A stretch of 64,000 nt of DNA, taken from Chlorokybus atmophyticus (taxonomy: Eukaryota; Plantae; Mesostigma and Chlorokybus algae). The stretch spans positions 1,231,099-1,295,098 of the forward strand of contig RHPI01003642.1 in the NCBI GenBank assembly GCA_009103225.1, given 5' to 3'. A model generated the notes under the pieces. That model did not search any database, was not told where the DNA came from, and worked only from the letters and a program-made list of their open reading frames with translations. The translations under genes and the position numbers were made by a program. Every line of letters begins with the position of its first letter. Positions within the stretch are counted from its first letter, which is position 1. Below, one piece after another: positions 1 through 13,168 of this stretch.

Positions 1-1709
1 CTGCCTGCAGAGCTGCTGCGCAGGAGCTGCTGTCCAGGCTCGGTGCTTGAGTCCTCATCATCCCTGGATTTTGAAGCCGCTTGTTCACTGAGACTTGAGA
101 AGGATGTAGAGGCTCCGCCGTGTTCAGGTGACTCAGCTGCTTCATTGGAGACTTCTATACGACAGCACACGATACTACCGCGTTGCAGGCTGACAACAAC
201 AGCTACCTCAGCAGGTTTGACGCTAAATTCACCTCTATCTTTGGCCCCTGGTGACTGTGACCCAGTAACACCATCCTGCTGCAATGATGCAGCGTTTGCT
301 GCATCTGTGTTGGCGAGAAAGTCCCATACTGCTCCCAACGCCCAGCCGCCAGCTTGCACCACCTGTGCAACAACAGGGGGGCTGGCTGCTTCAGCTGCTT
401 CTTGTTCAGCTGGCTTGTCTAAAATTTTCGCTGGCTCCTCCTCAGCCTCTGTGCCTGCAGCAGCACCTGCACTTTTCGTCGCTTGTGGAATCAGCAAAGA
501 GATGATACCCTTCAGTAGCTGAATTTGTACATCGCTAACAGAAGCATCTATAGACTCGACATCCACGGTCACATTGGTCTGCTGTGCATCGGTCTGGTTT
601 GCCACCCGATGAGTGACACGCGCCCTCACTAGTGGGGCCCGTAACAATGGGTCTGCGCAGCGAGATTCAGTATGACATGATACAAATGGCACTAAAGTTG
701 TGCTGTTTACCTAGGAACTGGATCGAGTCGCCAGATTGAGACTTGTCAAGGCAAAGTGTGATGTTCTTGATTTGCAACACTTTTTGCAGCAGGTAGGTAT
801 CCGTATCCTGCGAAAATCAGACTGCTGTACTCCATGCCAAAAGCGCAGCTGCCCATCAGTGCACCATAGCACTTACCACGAATGCAGGTTCCCAGTCAGA
901 TCCTGCAGAGAAAACTTGCACAGCCTCGCAGGATAAGGTGGCTATAGCATCGTTAGCAGTGTACTTGACAACAAGATTGTTGACACGCAGTGTGATGTTG
1001 GAGAGGGCACGCTGCACTAAGCCACCAATCCAACCCACTACTGCAGCAGCGTCGCTCAAGTCGGAACCAGCTGTCGCCACAAAAGTTGTAAGCTTGTGAT
1101 ACGTTTGCTGCACAGTGGTCATGCTACCTCACACGAACAGGTTTCTTACAAGAACTTGCCAAAGGTGGATCGTCTAGACGCCCCTTTAACACTGTTTCCG
1201 GTGATGCGCTTGCATTGCTTGTGGAAGCTGTGACTTCATCTGGTGTGGCAGCAAAGACGCACTCCACGGTGTCCAGCACTACCTGTATCAGATTTGAGCT
1301 GACTGCACAAAAGCACGCCACAAGTTGCACAGTATAGGCAGCAATGCTTACTGCATCTTGAAACGTGTACCTCAATGGGTTCGGATGCCAGCCGAGTCCA
1401 CGGTATTTTGATGTGAAGCTCTCTGGCGAATGTCCTGACCACTCTTCCCGGAAAGTTTTGCAGAACCTCTGCATGAGTGTGGCTAGTATAGGCATGAGCT
1501 TCAATGCAAAAATTACGCGAAACCAACTCAAAGAGCTGCGCATGCATGAGCCGCCTGACCAAACAATGCTTACCGTCCAGGTTGAGCTCAAAGTTACGAA
1601 AGATGACTGAGCCTCCTGATATAGAGGCTCGGAAATCGGATCCGGCAGCGTCATCTGCGTTTTTGATGAACTTTCGTGCAAGTCGCAAAACAATCTGCAG
1701 CAGGTTCAT
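1..1709 (-). CDS. VPS13B: VPS13B-like lipid transfer protein, 5' exons (Chorein-N); gene continues beyond the window start
   Basis: Spliced reading: ATG at 1709 MNLLQIVLRLARKFIKN...FRNFELNLD|EVLQNFPGRVVRTFARELHIKIPWTRLASEPIE|VVLDTVECVF. GT-AG junctions at 1573/1469 and 1370/1283 are phase-consistent. Later exons GWIGGLVQRALSNITLRVNNLVVKY and LQKVLQIKNITLCLDKSQSG match recalled VPS13B motifs (LIRRVVNNVNIVINNLILKY; FSDCTVCLDKR). Confidence 0.85.
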
Positions 1710-2667
1710 TGCTCAGAGAGTTTGCTGCAAAATTGTGGCACAACCCCGACTTGCAAGCGCTTGTCCACACACTCCATGCTAAAGTGATTGATTAGTCCTA
1801 ACTCTGACGAGCAGCGGCACGCGTGCAGTCCTGTCATGATTACAGTCTGCATGCACAGAGTCAGACTAACGGCATAAGCCTTGCGCGTTACAGCTCACAC
1901 AACAACGCATTCGGCCAATGCTGAAGTTGCATGCAATCACAGACGATGCCAACATCAAGTGCAGAACCTACGAAGGAGCGCGACGTCAATGTCAATGAGT
2001 GTAGCAGCACAACAGCTGTGACGGTCATGCTGGCTGGCAGCTGTAATCATTAAGCTGACACCTGAACTCACCGGCGTGAGCAGGTAGCGTTCGACATTGC
2101 CCAACATCGAGTCATGCCCAACTTCCCCTGTTGCCGCAGCGGACTGCAGCAAAGCACTACGCCAATGCTACAGCTCCAACCCACACAGCGTTGCTAACGA
2201 CCCCATGTTTGCTCAACAAACAGCTGCTACCACCTCAGCGACAACGACAAGTAATACGATCTCAGCGCAATCAGTACGCTGGCTTCGACCAGTACAACCA
2301 ACCGCGACGCAGCTCACGACCTCACCGCCACCACCGCCGCTACCGCCGCGGTCGCTACCGCTGCAGCTGCTGCTTGCTACGCTGGGAGCCAAGCAGCGCT
2401 TTACACATGACTACCGTTCTTACGTCAACGTTCGTGACATTTTTCTGTAAGCAAGGCACTGGCGACTAACGTTTAAATAGGTGATGTCTCAAACCTAACG
2501 TGTGTAACCACCGCTGCTGTCAAGCTTGTTGTCAGCTCAGCTGTGCCTGCGTGTTGTTGTCTAAAGGCGGCAGCGAGGTAGGCGTTATGGGCGGGGACGT
2601 CAAGGTGTCGTAGCATGAGGGAGACTGGGTGCATCTCTTCGTGATTAGGGCTGCTGACAGGGCGCAA

Positions 2668-5305
2668 ATGGCGCGAGGCGGTGGGCTGCGGAGGCAGCAC
2701 GTCGGAGTCATGCTGCTCATCCTGGGCGTCTGCCTGCTGCCGTTCGTGCCCAGGCCAGCTTCCACGAAATTGGGTAGTGAAGACGATGGCCAACATCTTG
2801 CTGGGTAGGGGAATTGCTGTGATAGGTTTGGTTGTCGATTGCTGGCACAGCACTTGTCAAGTCATCAAGTGGCTACGACCAAGCACATCGATCTGCATGC
2901 AAGCTTTGCGTGTGCGTTAAGTTTGGTGGCTTCTTGCGTGTGCTCAGCAACAGCATTCCCCAACGCCTCGCTGCCAGTGAGGCACTGGGGTTGTGTTGAT
3001 AGTCAGTCCCAGACTGGTATGTTACTACTGCTCAAGCCCACTTAATGAAAGTAGTAGTTGACAATCTGGTTGTTGCATGGCAGCCTGCCACGTTTGCACC
3101 ACAGACTTGCTGATGATCTGCGGTCCCTGCTTGTGCGCACTTCCCCACCTCCCTCGCCACCACCATTTCCGCCACAAGCCCCGCCACCATCACCGCCGTT
3201 GAGTCCACCTCCACGGCCGCCACCCAGCTCGCCACCGCCACTGCCGCCACCACCCCCTCGGCCTCCTACACCACCACCACCATCACCGTCTCCACCACCG
3301 CAGAGGCCTCCACCACCGCAACCAACCACAGCAGCAACACCACTTGCTTCCTCAGACAGTTCCAGCCGAGCTGTCGCTGCTTCAACAAGGCCAGGAGTTC
3401 ATGTCATGTGCACAAGCAATGGTTCACCCTATCTCAACTGGCAGACACGCATCATGCATTACTCTTACCAGAAGGTGCGATTCTGCCGGGCGGTTGTTTG
3501 TGTTGCTGCACACAGCAAGCCGAGTGTGGTTGGGTGCGCATGCAGGTGGCAGCTGGCACACAGATGAAGTGGTTCACACGTGTCCTTCATCGGCAAACTG
3601 ACGATGAGCTAATGGCTGAATTGCATACAGTGAGTTGTTTATCTCTTGACCTGATGCATGTGAGGTTCCCGAAAAAGGGGAAGGGCCTTGCCCTATGCGC
3701 GCGCGCGCGCGTGTGTGGTGGTGGTNNNNNNNNNNNNNNNNNNNNNNNNNNNNNNNNNNNNNNNNNNNNNNNNNNNNNNNNNNNNNNNNNNNNNNNNNNN
3801 NNNNNNNNNNNNNNNNNNNNNNNNNNNNNNNNNNNNNNNNNNNNNNNNNNNNNNNNNNNNNNNNNNNNNNNNNNNNNNNNNNNNNNNNNNNNNNNNNNNN
3901 NNNNNNNNNNNNNNNNNNNNNNNNNNNNNNNNNNNNNNNNNNNNNNNNNNNNNNNNNNGGGGGGGAGGAGGGGGGCTATGCTTGTTGTGCTACCAGTGCA
4001 TGTCTGTCTTGCTTGCATACCGTTGTGTAACCCTGTAGGCTGATTTTCATGCACGGATGTTTGCGTCTTACATCTGTCCATGCAACAGTACCGTGTCGAC
4101 CCGTTGGACCCAAGTTGCGATATATGGTGTGCTTATCCAGGTATGACACACCCACAGTTTAGTCGTGACACATATTGCACACACTGCTTCAAGTGAGTAC
4201 TGCCTTATTCCAGTTGCAAGCAGACCCCAGGCTATCTTGGATTGGCTCCAGTCCGACGACGTCAAGAGCGATTGGATACTCACCATAGAGACGGACTACA
4301 TCTTTGTGGCGTGAGTGTCGTGTCTACCTGCTTCACGTGTACTGTGCCAGTGTCAAGCCAAGTAACATTGGTTCTGCTACAATCACTTAGTTGTTGACAT
4401 GTGCAGGCCTGTCAGCATACGTGCTGGCACTACCAGACCGCTTGGTTTTCCATACGGGTACATTGTTCCAAGTGCAAAAGAGGTTGTCGCTGTCATGCAG
4501 CACTATTACCCCACAGGTAAATATATGACAGATCACTGCATTGGTGCTTGGAGTCAAAACACCAGGTGCACTGCTACTCAACTTCAACTTGTTGCATTAT
4601 AGGCGATTTTCAGAAAATCCCAGGCACAGGCAACGCGCCTGTTCTTGCTCGCCATGAAGACTTGATGAAGGTAGTTATAAGAATCGACGATCTTGTTGCA
4701 GCTTCTCTCGAACAACGTGCTGATTGGCCGTCCGATTGTCAGATTGTGCCTATTTGGACAAATATGACAGCAAGCATTGAAGCCAACAAGCACGAGGCTG
4801 ATGTGCTAGGTTGGGTACGTGAGATGTATGCCTACTCGGTGGCAGCCGTTATGGCGGGCGTGGAGCATGATTTGCCCCTGGTTGGGCACCATTCTTTGAT
4901 GGTGCAGGTAAGCGTTGTCGTGTTGCATTTATGTGATAGGCTGTGCCACATGCATGGTTGTGCATGTCGACATTACACAGAAATACTTGATGCTCAAGTC
5001 TTTGCTTCAATGGGACGCAGCCTCCAGCGGACAGCGAGCTTCATGAAGCACCTTTGATGCACTACACATGGGGTAGCGTGGTCAAAGACGAGCAAGGCAA
5101 CAAGATATGGGAGTTTGACAAGCGTCAGTACTTGAGTGGACCCCCTCCTGGCAAGATACCTGAACCGCCAGAAAAAGCTGCGCCGCTGGTCAAGCTGCTG
5201 ATAAAGGAAATAAATGACGCCATAGAGCACCTGCCCCCTGCTCCGCCAGTAGTACCCGCCAAAGGGCCATTTAAAGTTCACAAGTCAAAACAGCCGAAGC
5301 CCTGA
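2668..5305 (+). CDS. HPAT: Hydroxyproline O-arabinosyltransferase (HPAT family) with signal anchor and Pro-rich stalk; multi-exon
   Basis: ATG 2668 MARGGGLRRQHVGVMLLILGVCLLPF (hydrophobic anchor). Motifs TSNGSPYLNWQTRIMHYSYQK, FTRVLHRQTDDELMAE, RVDPLDPSCD, IETDYIF, GTGNAP, LGWVREMYAYSVAA, MHYTWG and WEFDKRQY are characteristic of HPAT. Stop at 5305. Confidence 0.88.
3726..3958. other. Assembly gap (N run) within an HPAT intron
   Basis: Run of N flanked by simple repeats. The flanking exons join in phase (AELHT|YRVDP), so no coding sequence appears to be lost. Confidence 0.9.
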
Positions 5306-6433
5306 CCCATGTGTTGACTTGTGTGTGTGCGTGTGTGCGCGCGCTCGTATGGTTGCGCGCGTGTCTCTTTTCTGCCAATTCACTTAGAGCTCATCATGGT
5401 ACAATAGGGCATGATTATTGTTACCATTAGTAATAATAGACAGGTGTCAGTAACTCTCTCAAGAATGACTTTGCATGCACTGGGTATACATCAAATGCAG
5501 GACATGCATGCGCATGCACAACGAGTAGTTCAGTCAGCACGCAGCAACACATGCAAGGTGTCGTACAAATGACAATTAGTTGACCACCGGGCTACTACTA
5601 GCGCGCTAATCTACTGCCTCTACCCCGTTAGACATGCAGCAGTCAGTATGCAGTTGGTAATCACCTGCCCACATGGGCGTTGGTCAGTTGTTGGCGCTTT
5701 TGGTCACGCAGACAGCATGCACATTGGCGACCAGGACTCCCCCTCCCTCTCTCCCTGGCTCCGCCTCCTTCCTCGCCCTCTGCTAGCGACGCAGCAGGGT
5801 TTGCTGGGTTGTGTCGTAGTTGCGTTGCACTGCCGACGTCAGCAGTGCCTGGTCCAGTGCCCTCCGCACAGGTTGTGCTGTGTTCGGTTTGGGTGCTGGG
5901 CTGGTTAGGTGCTGGTTGGGGTTGGGTGGTGGGGTTGGTATGTACTGCGTCTGCTGCAAGCCTTTACAAGACGTGGCTGGGACGGCGGGGAGTTGGACGC
6001 ATTGTGCTGCGTACAACTTGAGCTATTCCGTCCACAGGAAGGCCTGTGAGTCGCGACATGAGCACAATTGTGTTTGTTTACAGACGGCAATTGAGTGCCT
6101 GACTCCGCACTACAACTTCTGGGGCATAACACTATGATGGTACGCAGCACCAGCGCTTGGTACAGCGCTTGGTACGAAGCGCTGTACCAAGCGCTCTTCG
6201 CTGACAGTATAGAGCACGCAACATGTGTGCACGTGTATGTGGTAGCGTCTTGTAAGGTTTTGTTCAGTGCAACGCTGTCATGGACACTGCATGCGTTGTC
6301 AAACCTTGCACTTCTGCTCATTGCATTGCCATAATACCACATGCACAAGTAATCAGGGCTTATGCTGGACAAACCCGAACCCCAGTCAAAATTGCAACAA
6401 ATTCACAAGCAACACGGCCAACACGTTGCTCTA

Positions 6434-8011
6434 CTACATGCCTCCTGTCCTTGGAGTTCTCGGCATGGCCTCACTGCCACTCCTCAACATCGGCACGTTC
6501 TCGTGCATGGCCACGTGCTGTATCGGCTGGTCGAACCCGATGCCGAGCTCCTCCATGAACTTCTTGTACGCCAGGATGGCGCACGCCCGCCGCGCGTACC
6601 GCTCGCCCATCAGCTGGAAGTTCATCTTGTGACGCTGGTAGATGCCTATCTTCATACGCCAAGAGTTCTCGATACCCTGTGGTTGATGAACAGAAGCACA
6701 CGGCGCCGCATTAGCTCTCTTTGCCTTAATCAAAGGTGCACCAAGGTACTCCAAGGAAAGGTGTCAAACACGCCATGCCAACATAACGCAACATTTGTCA
6801 AGCCCACCTGCACAGCAAGCGTGAAGTCCGGATGCCACCACGCGGAGTTTTTGGCAAGATAGTCCCGTATCTTTGCTCTTAGCGCATCCAACTTCTCTTC
6901 CGTGGTGATGGAGTTGATCTTGCGAGATACATACCCACATCAGACCAGCATCGTCATGCACAACTGTAGCCCCCATCCATGCACACACCAACCTGTAGCA
7001 GAATCTCATCCAGCTGGTTGGGACTCCGGTTGTAGTTGATGATGGGTTTTGTCCACAGCAGTTGGTTGGGATAGTACATCCGATCGCCCATGTCTTTCTC
7101 AAACAGCGTGTGCACAAGCCCAATCTCTTGCACCACAACCTGAGAAAGGAAACAATAGTGAGTATCATGTTGGGAAGAGTTGGTAGGTGTCGATACAGGT
7201 TGGTATACTTTGCAAGACGCACACGCTCACACAAGCACATGCATGCGTGTGGGCACGCACACACGCAGCACATATGCACGTGCACGCGCGCACACACACA
7301 CACAACTTACTGTGCCTTCCAGGCCCTCGACTTGCAGCCTGTCCCCAACGTCAAATGGGTGCACGCTGAAGAGGAACAGTATGCTCTCCACGACGGTGCG
7401 GATGGAGGGCCCGACCGTCACACCGATCAGAAACACCCACGAAGATATCGCCAACACGACGCGTGTCGTGTCAAAACCCAACGCAAACATCCTGCCAAGC
7501 ACAACTAGTCCATGAGACATGGTTTGTGTTATTGCGAGTGGTAGTGTTGGACTGTGTATCTGAGGGCACTCACCAAAGAAAGGCGCAAATCACAAGTGTG
7601 ATGATTTCCAACACTCTTCGCAACTGCGCTACAATAATCTGCAACAAGCACACCCAACGCACAATGTATATCAGTGCCATTGTATGTCTGAGACCACCAA
7701 TTTGAACTAGTTTACACACACACGCACACACACATGCGCACCTTTCTGTCGGAAAGCGTTCGTGCCAGGTGTAGCCTCTCCCGGTACACGTTGACGGCCC
7801 ACGCGGCAATGGCGTGCCGAGTGACTACTTGTTGGCCTGCTTCGTGCGTACGCTTGGACGTGGAGGGGGACTTGTCGAACAACTCCCACGCGCCGTCGAC
7901 GTGCTCCTGAGATATGTTAGCACGCTGGTGAGTAGCTGGTACACACAGAGACCCACACCCACACCCACATGCACACGCGCGCGCGCGCGTGCCTACCCTC
8001 CCGCTCTCACA

Positions 8012-8069
<58 letters not shown>

Positions 8070-10475
8070 NATGGACATGGCTCGGCGGGCGCAAGCGCAT
8101 ACGCGCGTTTGTACATGAGCCTGCATACGAACACACATGCATCTGTGCACCCCCACTCACCCCCACCCCCACCCCCACATACCCACCCACCCACCCACCC
8201 TCACTCACCTTCGGCAGGAACCTCGCCAGGTCCCCTTTCGTCACCTCCCTCCCGTTCCTCGCCACCTGCGCAAACAGTTTCCTGGCGGCTACTTTCGCCA
8301 GTTTCGCGCTGGTGATCTCCCGGAGCTGGCTCTGCGTGGCATCCGCCTCCCCATCCCCCGCATTGAGACCCTCTTCATCCTCGTCTTGAAGCAATGAGAC
8401 GTGCGTGCTCACGCCGCTCTTGCGGACGAACTTGATCAGGTCCTTCATGCCTGAGGGGAGACAATGTGAGGTGGGTGACGCAGTGGTGGTAGGGGGGGGG
8501 TTGTCGAACAACTTGTGCAGTAAGGTGTGTACCTCGCAGTGTGACGTTTGAAGAGGAGAGGGAGAATAGCTTGTTGAGGCTGATGGGCATGCTCGTGTTG
8601 GCATTTGCGGCATTGTTGGCCACGCTGTCTTTGTTGTTGTTGGCCGCATTGATGTTGTTGTTGTCACCATCCCCAACGGTGTTTTTTGTTGTTGACCCGC
8701 CTTTTTCGGTCTTGCTACCCGCACTCCTCATCACCACATTAGCATGTGTACCACCACCACTGCCACTGGTGCTAGCATCAATGTCGGTAGCAACAGAACC
8801 AGTGGCAACGATGTTGTTGTTGTTGTTGTTGTTTGGCTGCGGCTCGACAAGGTCTTCCGGTGTGATGTTGTTGAGTAGGTCCGGTGCGGATCTCACGCGG
8901 TCTCGTGTTCGGCTCTCTCTGACCACAGCCACGTGGGCCTTGTGGACGATCTGCTGGAAGGTGGTGATGTGGGGGTGATGAGGACTGTTGGTGCTACTGT
9001 TGTTGTCTGGTGCGACCAGAGGGGGCCCGGAGAGAGCCTCGAGCACGTACTGGTTGAACAGAGCCGCGTGGATGCGAGCAAAGTAGTTCTTGACGTGGAA
9101 ACGAGAAGCCAACCACTTGAGCACAAGTGTCTGCAGGGTGTTATGTCGGTGTGCGTGTGCGTGTGCGCGCATGTGGGTGCCTGTGCCTGTGCCTGTGCGT
9201 GTGCGTGTGCGTGCGTGCGTGCATGTGTGGATGCGTGTGTGCATATGGGTGTGGGTGTGTTACCTTAGCGACCAGGGCTGATGTGGCGATGAGTATGCAA
9301 AGTAGCACCCTCGTGCCGATGTGAAGCAGCCAGTGGTCGTACGGCACGTCGAGGAACGCCACCCACGCGACCAGCACCAGCAGCGTCCACAACACGTCCC
9401 GCGCGTTCGCACGGATCGCGTACGCAAAGTAAACAACCTTCTCGTCCAGAGAAAACTGCAGGCAAAAGGGGAGGGTATGGAACGCCAACATCACGGTAGC
9501 CAACAACAAGGACAAGGACAAGGACAACAATGACAACAACACCAATGACGTCGTGGATGACGAGACCAACAACTTGTTGTAGTAGTTGTTGTTGCTGTGG
9601 TTGTTGTCAAGCATCACCATCCAATAGAAGAACAACAACACCAACCTCACCTGTCTCTCTAGCACGTACATGACCAGCCTCACCGCCCTCCCCGCCCCCC
9701 ACCTCCCCCCGACCGCGATCGCGACGACGGCCTCCCATCGCCAGAGCGCCGCGCCCGCCAGCGCCGCGCGGGACAGGACGGGCAGGAGGAGGGAGGAGAG
9801 GAGGAGGAGGAGGAGGAGGAGGGAGAGGGCGAGGGGGAGGAGGAGGAGACAGAGGAGCTGGGGGAAGGGAGAGGAGAGGAGAAGAGTTGGGTGAATGTGA
9901 GACAAGTGTGTGTGCGTGTGCAAGTGCGTGAGTGTGCGCGTGTGCGTGTGTGCGCGTGCGTGCGCTTGCGTGTGTGCGAGTGTGTGCGTGTGCGCGTGTG
10001 TGTGTGTGTGTGTGTGTCTCTGCGTGTGTGCGTGTGTGTGCGTGTGCGCGCGTGTGTATGTGTGCGTGTGCGTGTGTGATTGCGCATATGTGTGCGCAAC
10101 TTTGCGCGTGTGCCTGCGCGAGTGCAAATGCGTATGTGATTGCGTCTGCATAAGTGAGAGAAGTTATTGAGCCATCAAGTGCTCTCGTAGATCGGATAGC
10201 ACGTACTTGTTTCCGTGTAACGAGTGGTTGTTGAGGCAGGTTTGCGCTTTCGTCCTCGTCTGCATTGCTGCAGCACACACACACATGCTCACCACCAAAA
10301 TTCACACGAACATCGCCCGTGTACTCCCACATGTGGAGTCAACGTGTGCATGCACCAACAACAACCAAGTACCTGCCGCGCTCCTCTTCGTCGGGCTCTT
10401 CGTCTGCTGCAGGAGGCGCCGATGATGGCGCCGCATCTCTGTTCGGCTCGCCGTTGCTCTTCTCAAGGGGCCTAA
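6434..10475 (-). CDS. MSL: MscS-like mechanosensitive ion channel, plant MSL4-10 type; 5' end unresolved (may extend to ~11.5 kb)
   Basis: Exons: LWRWEAVVAIAVGGRW...MYVLERQ|FSLDEKVVYFAYAIR; TLVLKWLASRFHVKNYFARIHAALFNQYVLEALSGPPL (cf. plant KVLASSFHVSTYFDRIQESLFNQYVIETLSGPPL); AWAVNVYRERLHLARTLSDRK; SILFLFSVHPFDVGDR; YYPNQLLWTKPIINYNRSP. Stop at 6434. Confidence 0.88.
8015..8070. repeat. (GA)n microsatellite in an MSL intron, ending in N
   Basis: Direct reading of the sequence. Confidence 0.95.
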
Positions 10476-13168
10476 CAATGAGTGGGTGTGAGGGGTGCTG
10501 TTACACACACACTTGCGTGAAGAAGCATGCACGTGGGTGAATAAATGCAATCAGCATGGTGCATCACTCGCTCGTGCCAAAGAGATGGATAACGGTGAAG
10601 TCTGAAGCGCCAATGGCTGTGAATGCGCACACACACACGCGCGGCATGTGCGCGAGCACGCGCGCACACACACACTGAAGTAGCAACCTCCACACTGGTC
10701 AAGCAGTGCGGTTATGGCGAGAACCCCAGTCCTTTATAGGCAGGTGAGTTGACTTATGCACATGTGAACGACCAGGACAAGATCAGGACCAGGCCATTCA
10801 CTGATTGCGTGAGTCACACTGGTAACAGCAGACTTATACGCTTGAAGTGGTGGTGTCAATGTGGTGACATTCATCGATGACAATTACCTGTAAGAAGGCA
10901 TCCTCAAGCTGTCATCCGCCAAGCCGCTCGGCCGCACTTTGGCCGGTTGTTTTCTGAACAGGTCATCCAGCCACGCAGCCATCCCCTGCAGCCTCATTGT
11001 TGCTGCTTGTCGTGAAACAAGCCTTTCAACTGTACACTACCACTGTTGACATGCTGCTCTGCACGTAGAGTTTTGGGGGGAATACTGGTCAGGGTGCCCA
11101 GACTGGGACGTTCATCATGCCGGCATGATGTTGATGATGGCAAAGTCTTGTAAGCCTACCAACGACAACCATCCACTTGAGTTAGACAAGCTCAGACTGC
11201 TGCTGCTGCTGCTTGGCCAGAGTAGATGGGGTTTATCTGGTTCACAACCCTCTGCGTAAAGCAGGCTTCCGCCTCAGGTGGATCGCCTATGAGGTGTTAC
11301 AGGTGTACTGAGCTTACACTAACCAGGCTACCTACCAGACCGCCACTATGAGCTGGTGTACTTACCCCTATGCTGATGAAGTAAGCTGGTGTTTGTCGTA
11401 GGCTATCAGCATGGCAGTGATAGTGGAACCAGCCAGCTGGCAGTGGCATAGCGTGTGCATGGGGATGCAACTCACTGGCAATCATTTCCAACCAACCGCA
11501 AGGCAGGCAGCGGAGTCACGTGAGGCAGCCGTCACGCCGTCACGACACGCAGAAGCGGTAATGCAGCCGTGACGCGAAGTCGTTGTGCTGCAAACATCTG
11601 TTCAAGACATGCGCAAATCATGTGACTTTGGAACGGTGAAAGAAGACCGCCATTACAGTCTACCCTCTCTACGGGGACCACACTTGTCTCCATCAAATTC
11701 GTTCTAGTAACGCAGTATTCTTGTCCCATATTTGAAGAATATTGCCACAGCACATGCAGTACAATGGTTCTTATAGTGCAGCAATCATATTGTACGATTA
11801 TTTATGAACAACATTTATACAAGGATATATGCTTGTTTAAAGACAAATCAAGTGCATATATTGCATTGACTCTATGCGTTACAAGAACCGCTCTACAACC
11901 ATTGCTGGTGTATGTGACATTTCCTTACGATAACGAATGTGCTTGTTTTTATGATGGGATAATTCTCACTTGTGTACGAGTGATACTCAATATTGGCAAA
12001 TGTTAAAGTACTGGTGCTTATAACGCAATTGTTCTGTTGACGGGCGTGACACAAACGCGGATAGACTGTATTGTCCACACAATGTCATACGGGAAAAGTA
12101 CCATTTACGAGTTGAATTGCAAATAGGGATTGAAGTTTCAATCCAAGTGTGTGTGATAATACTAGCATACGTACAAATACGTATGTCACAATATACAACG
12201 TATGTAGAATGCGGTATTGCTTACGATATGGATCGTGGTATGTCATACACGAACATGCGTGCACAGGCAGAGATGCATAGCAGGGCAAGCAGAGCACGCA
12301 ACAAGCAGAGGCATTCAATATCACACTCGGGGCCATCTTCTCGCTGCCCTAAGTGCTGCTATGTGTTGTGCAATGCAATGGGAGTGGGGTAGGAAGCAAT
12401 GGCTCAACCAATCAACTTTAGGGTGTAAGGCAGGGGTTAGGCCTGGAGTTGGGCGTGGGTAGGACAAGTAAGATGTGAGTGGTGCTGTGTTCTAGGCCCG
12501 TGCCCCCCGCCACCGCCACATTGTGGTGGTGGCTATTGCAAGACACGTTACATATACATTGTGTATACCCGTTAGCAGCCAAGGAGGAAACCAATCCATG
12601 ATACAATCCCATTCCATACTTGTTATAAGGTTGTTATAAGGTTTTACCTATCATGGTATATTGAAAGGTGCATGTTATTATTAAGCTGCAAGTGTTCATG
12701 GCACACCATTTGGGGCATACCATTTGTCGTATACTATTGTTGTCAGAAACAATACTGTAGCTTCTAACTCCATTGCACCAAAGGGCATGATGGGAATAGA
12801 TGGCGGTGACATGTGAGATTGTCGCAAAGGGCAATCCACGAAGCGCACCAACGCACCGATTCAATGCATAGGGAAGTGCAGTAGGAATGCATGCGCACAG
12901 CGTCCAGCTGAAGGTGACACCAATGACCCACCCAAAAGGTCTCGCAATATAGCCCGAGGCTAGCTTCTCCACCAACAATAACTTACTTTCGGGTGCAAGG
13001 AATGCGCGCTATCCACCAATGAAAGGTGTTGAATACCATGTGCCAACATGACTTCACGTTCCACAGACTCAAGTGCTCACACACCAATGACTTGCAAGAT
13101 TTGTTACAGATGACTCATGAGCAACACGGGCTGCACAGCACATGCAGTGTGCGTATGGCATGGCAGGT

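Noticed and set aside
1955-2469. Small gene between VPS13B and HPAT
   Set aside because: Overlapping short low-complexity ORFs on both strands, with no recognisable motif and no consistent exon chain.
10480-11491. Further 5' exons of the MSL gene
   Set aside because: One plausible exon near 10890-11030, but a phase-consistent chain to a start codon could not be built, so it was left out of the call.
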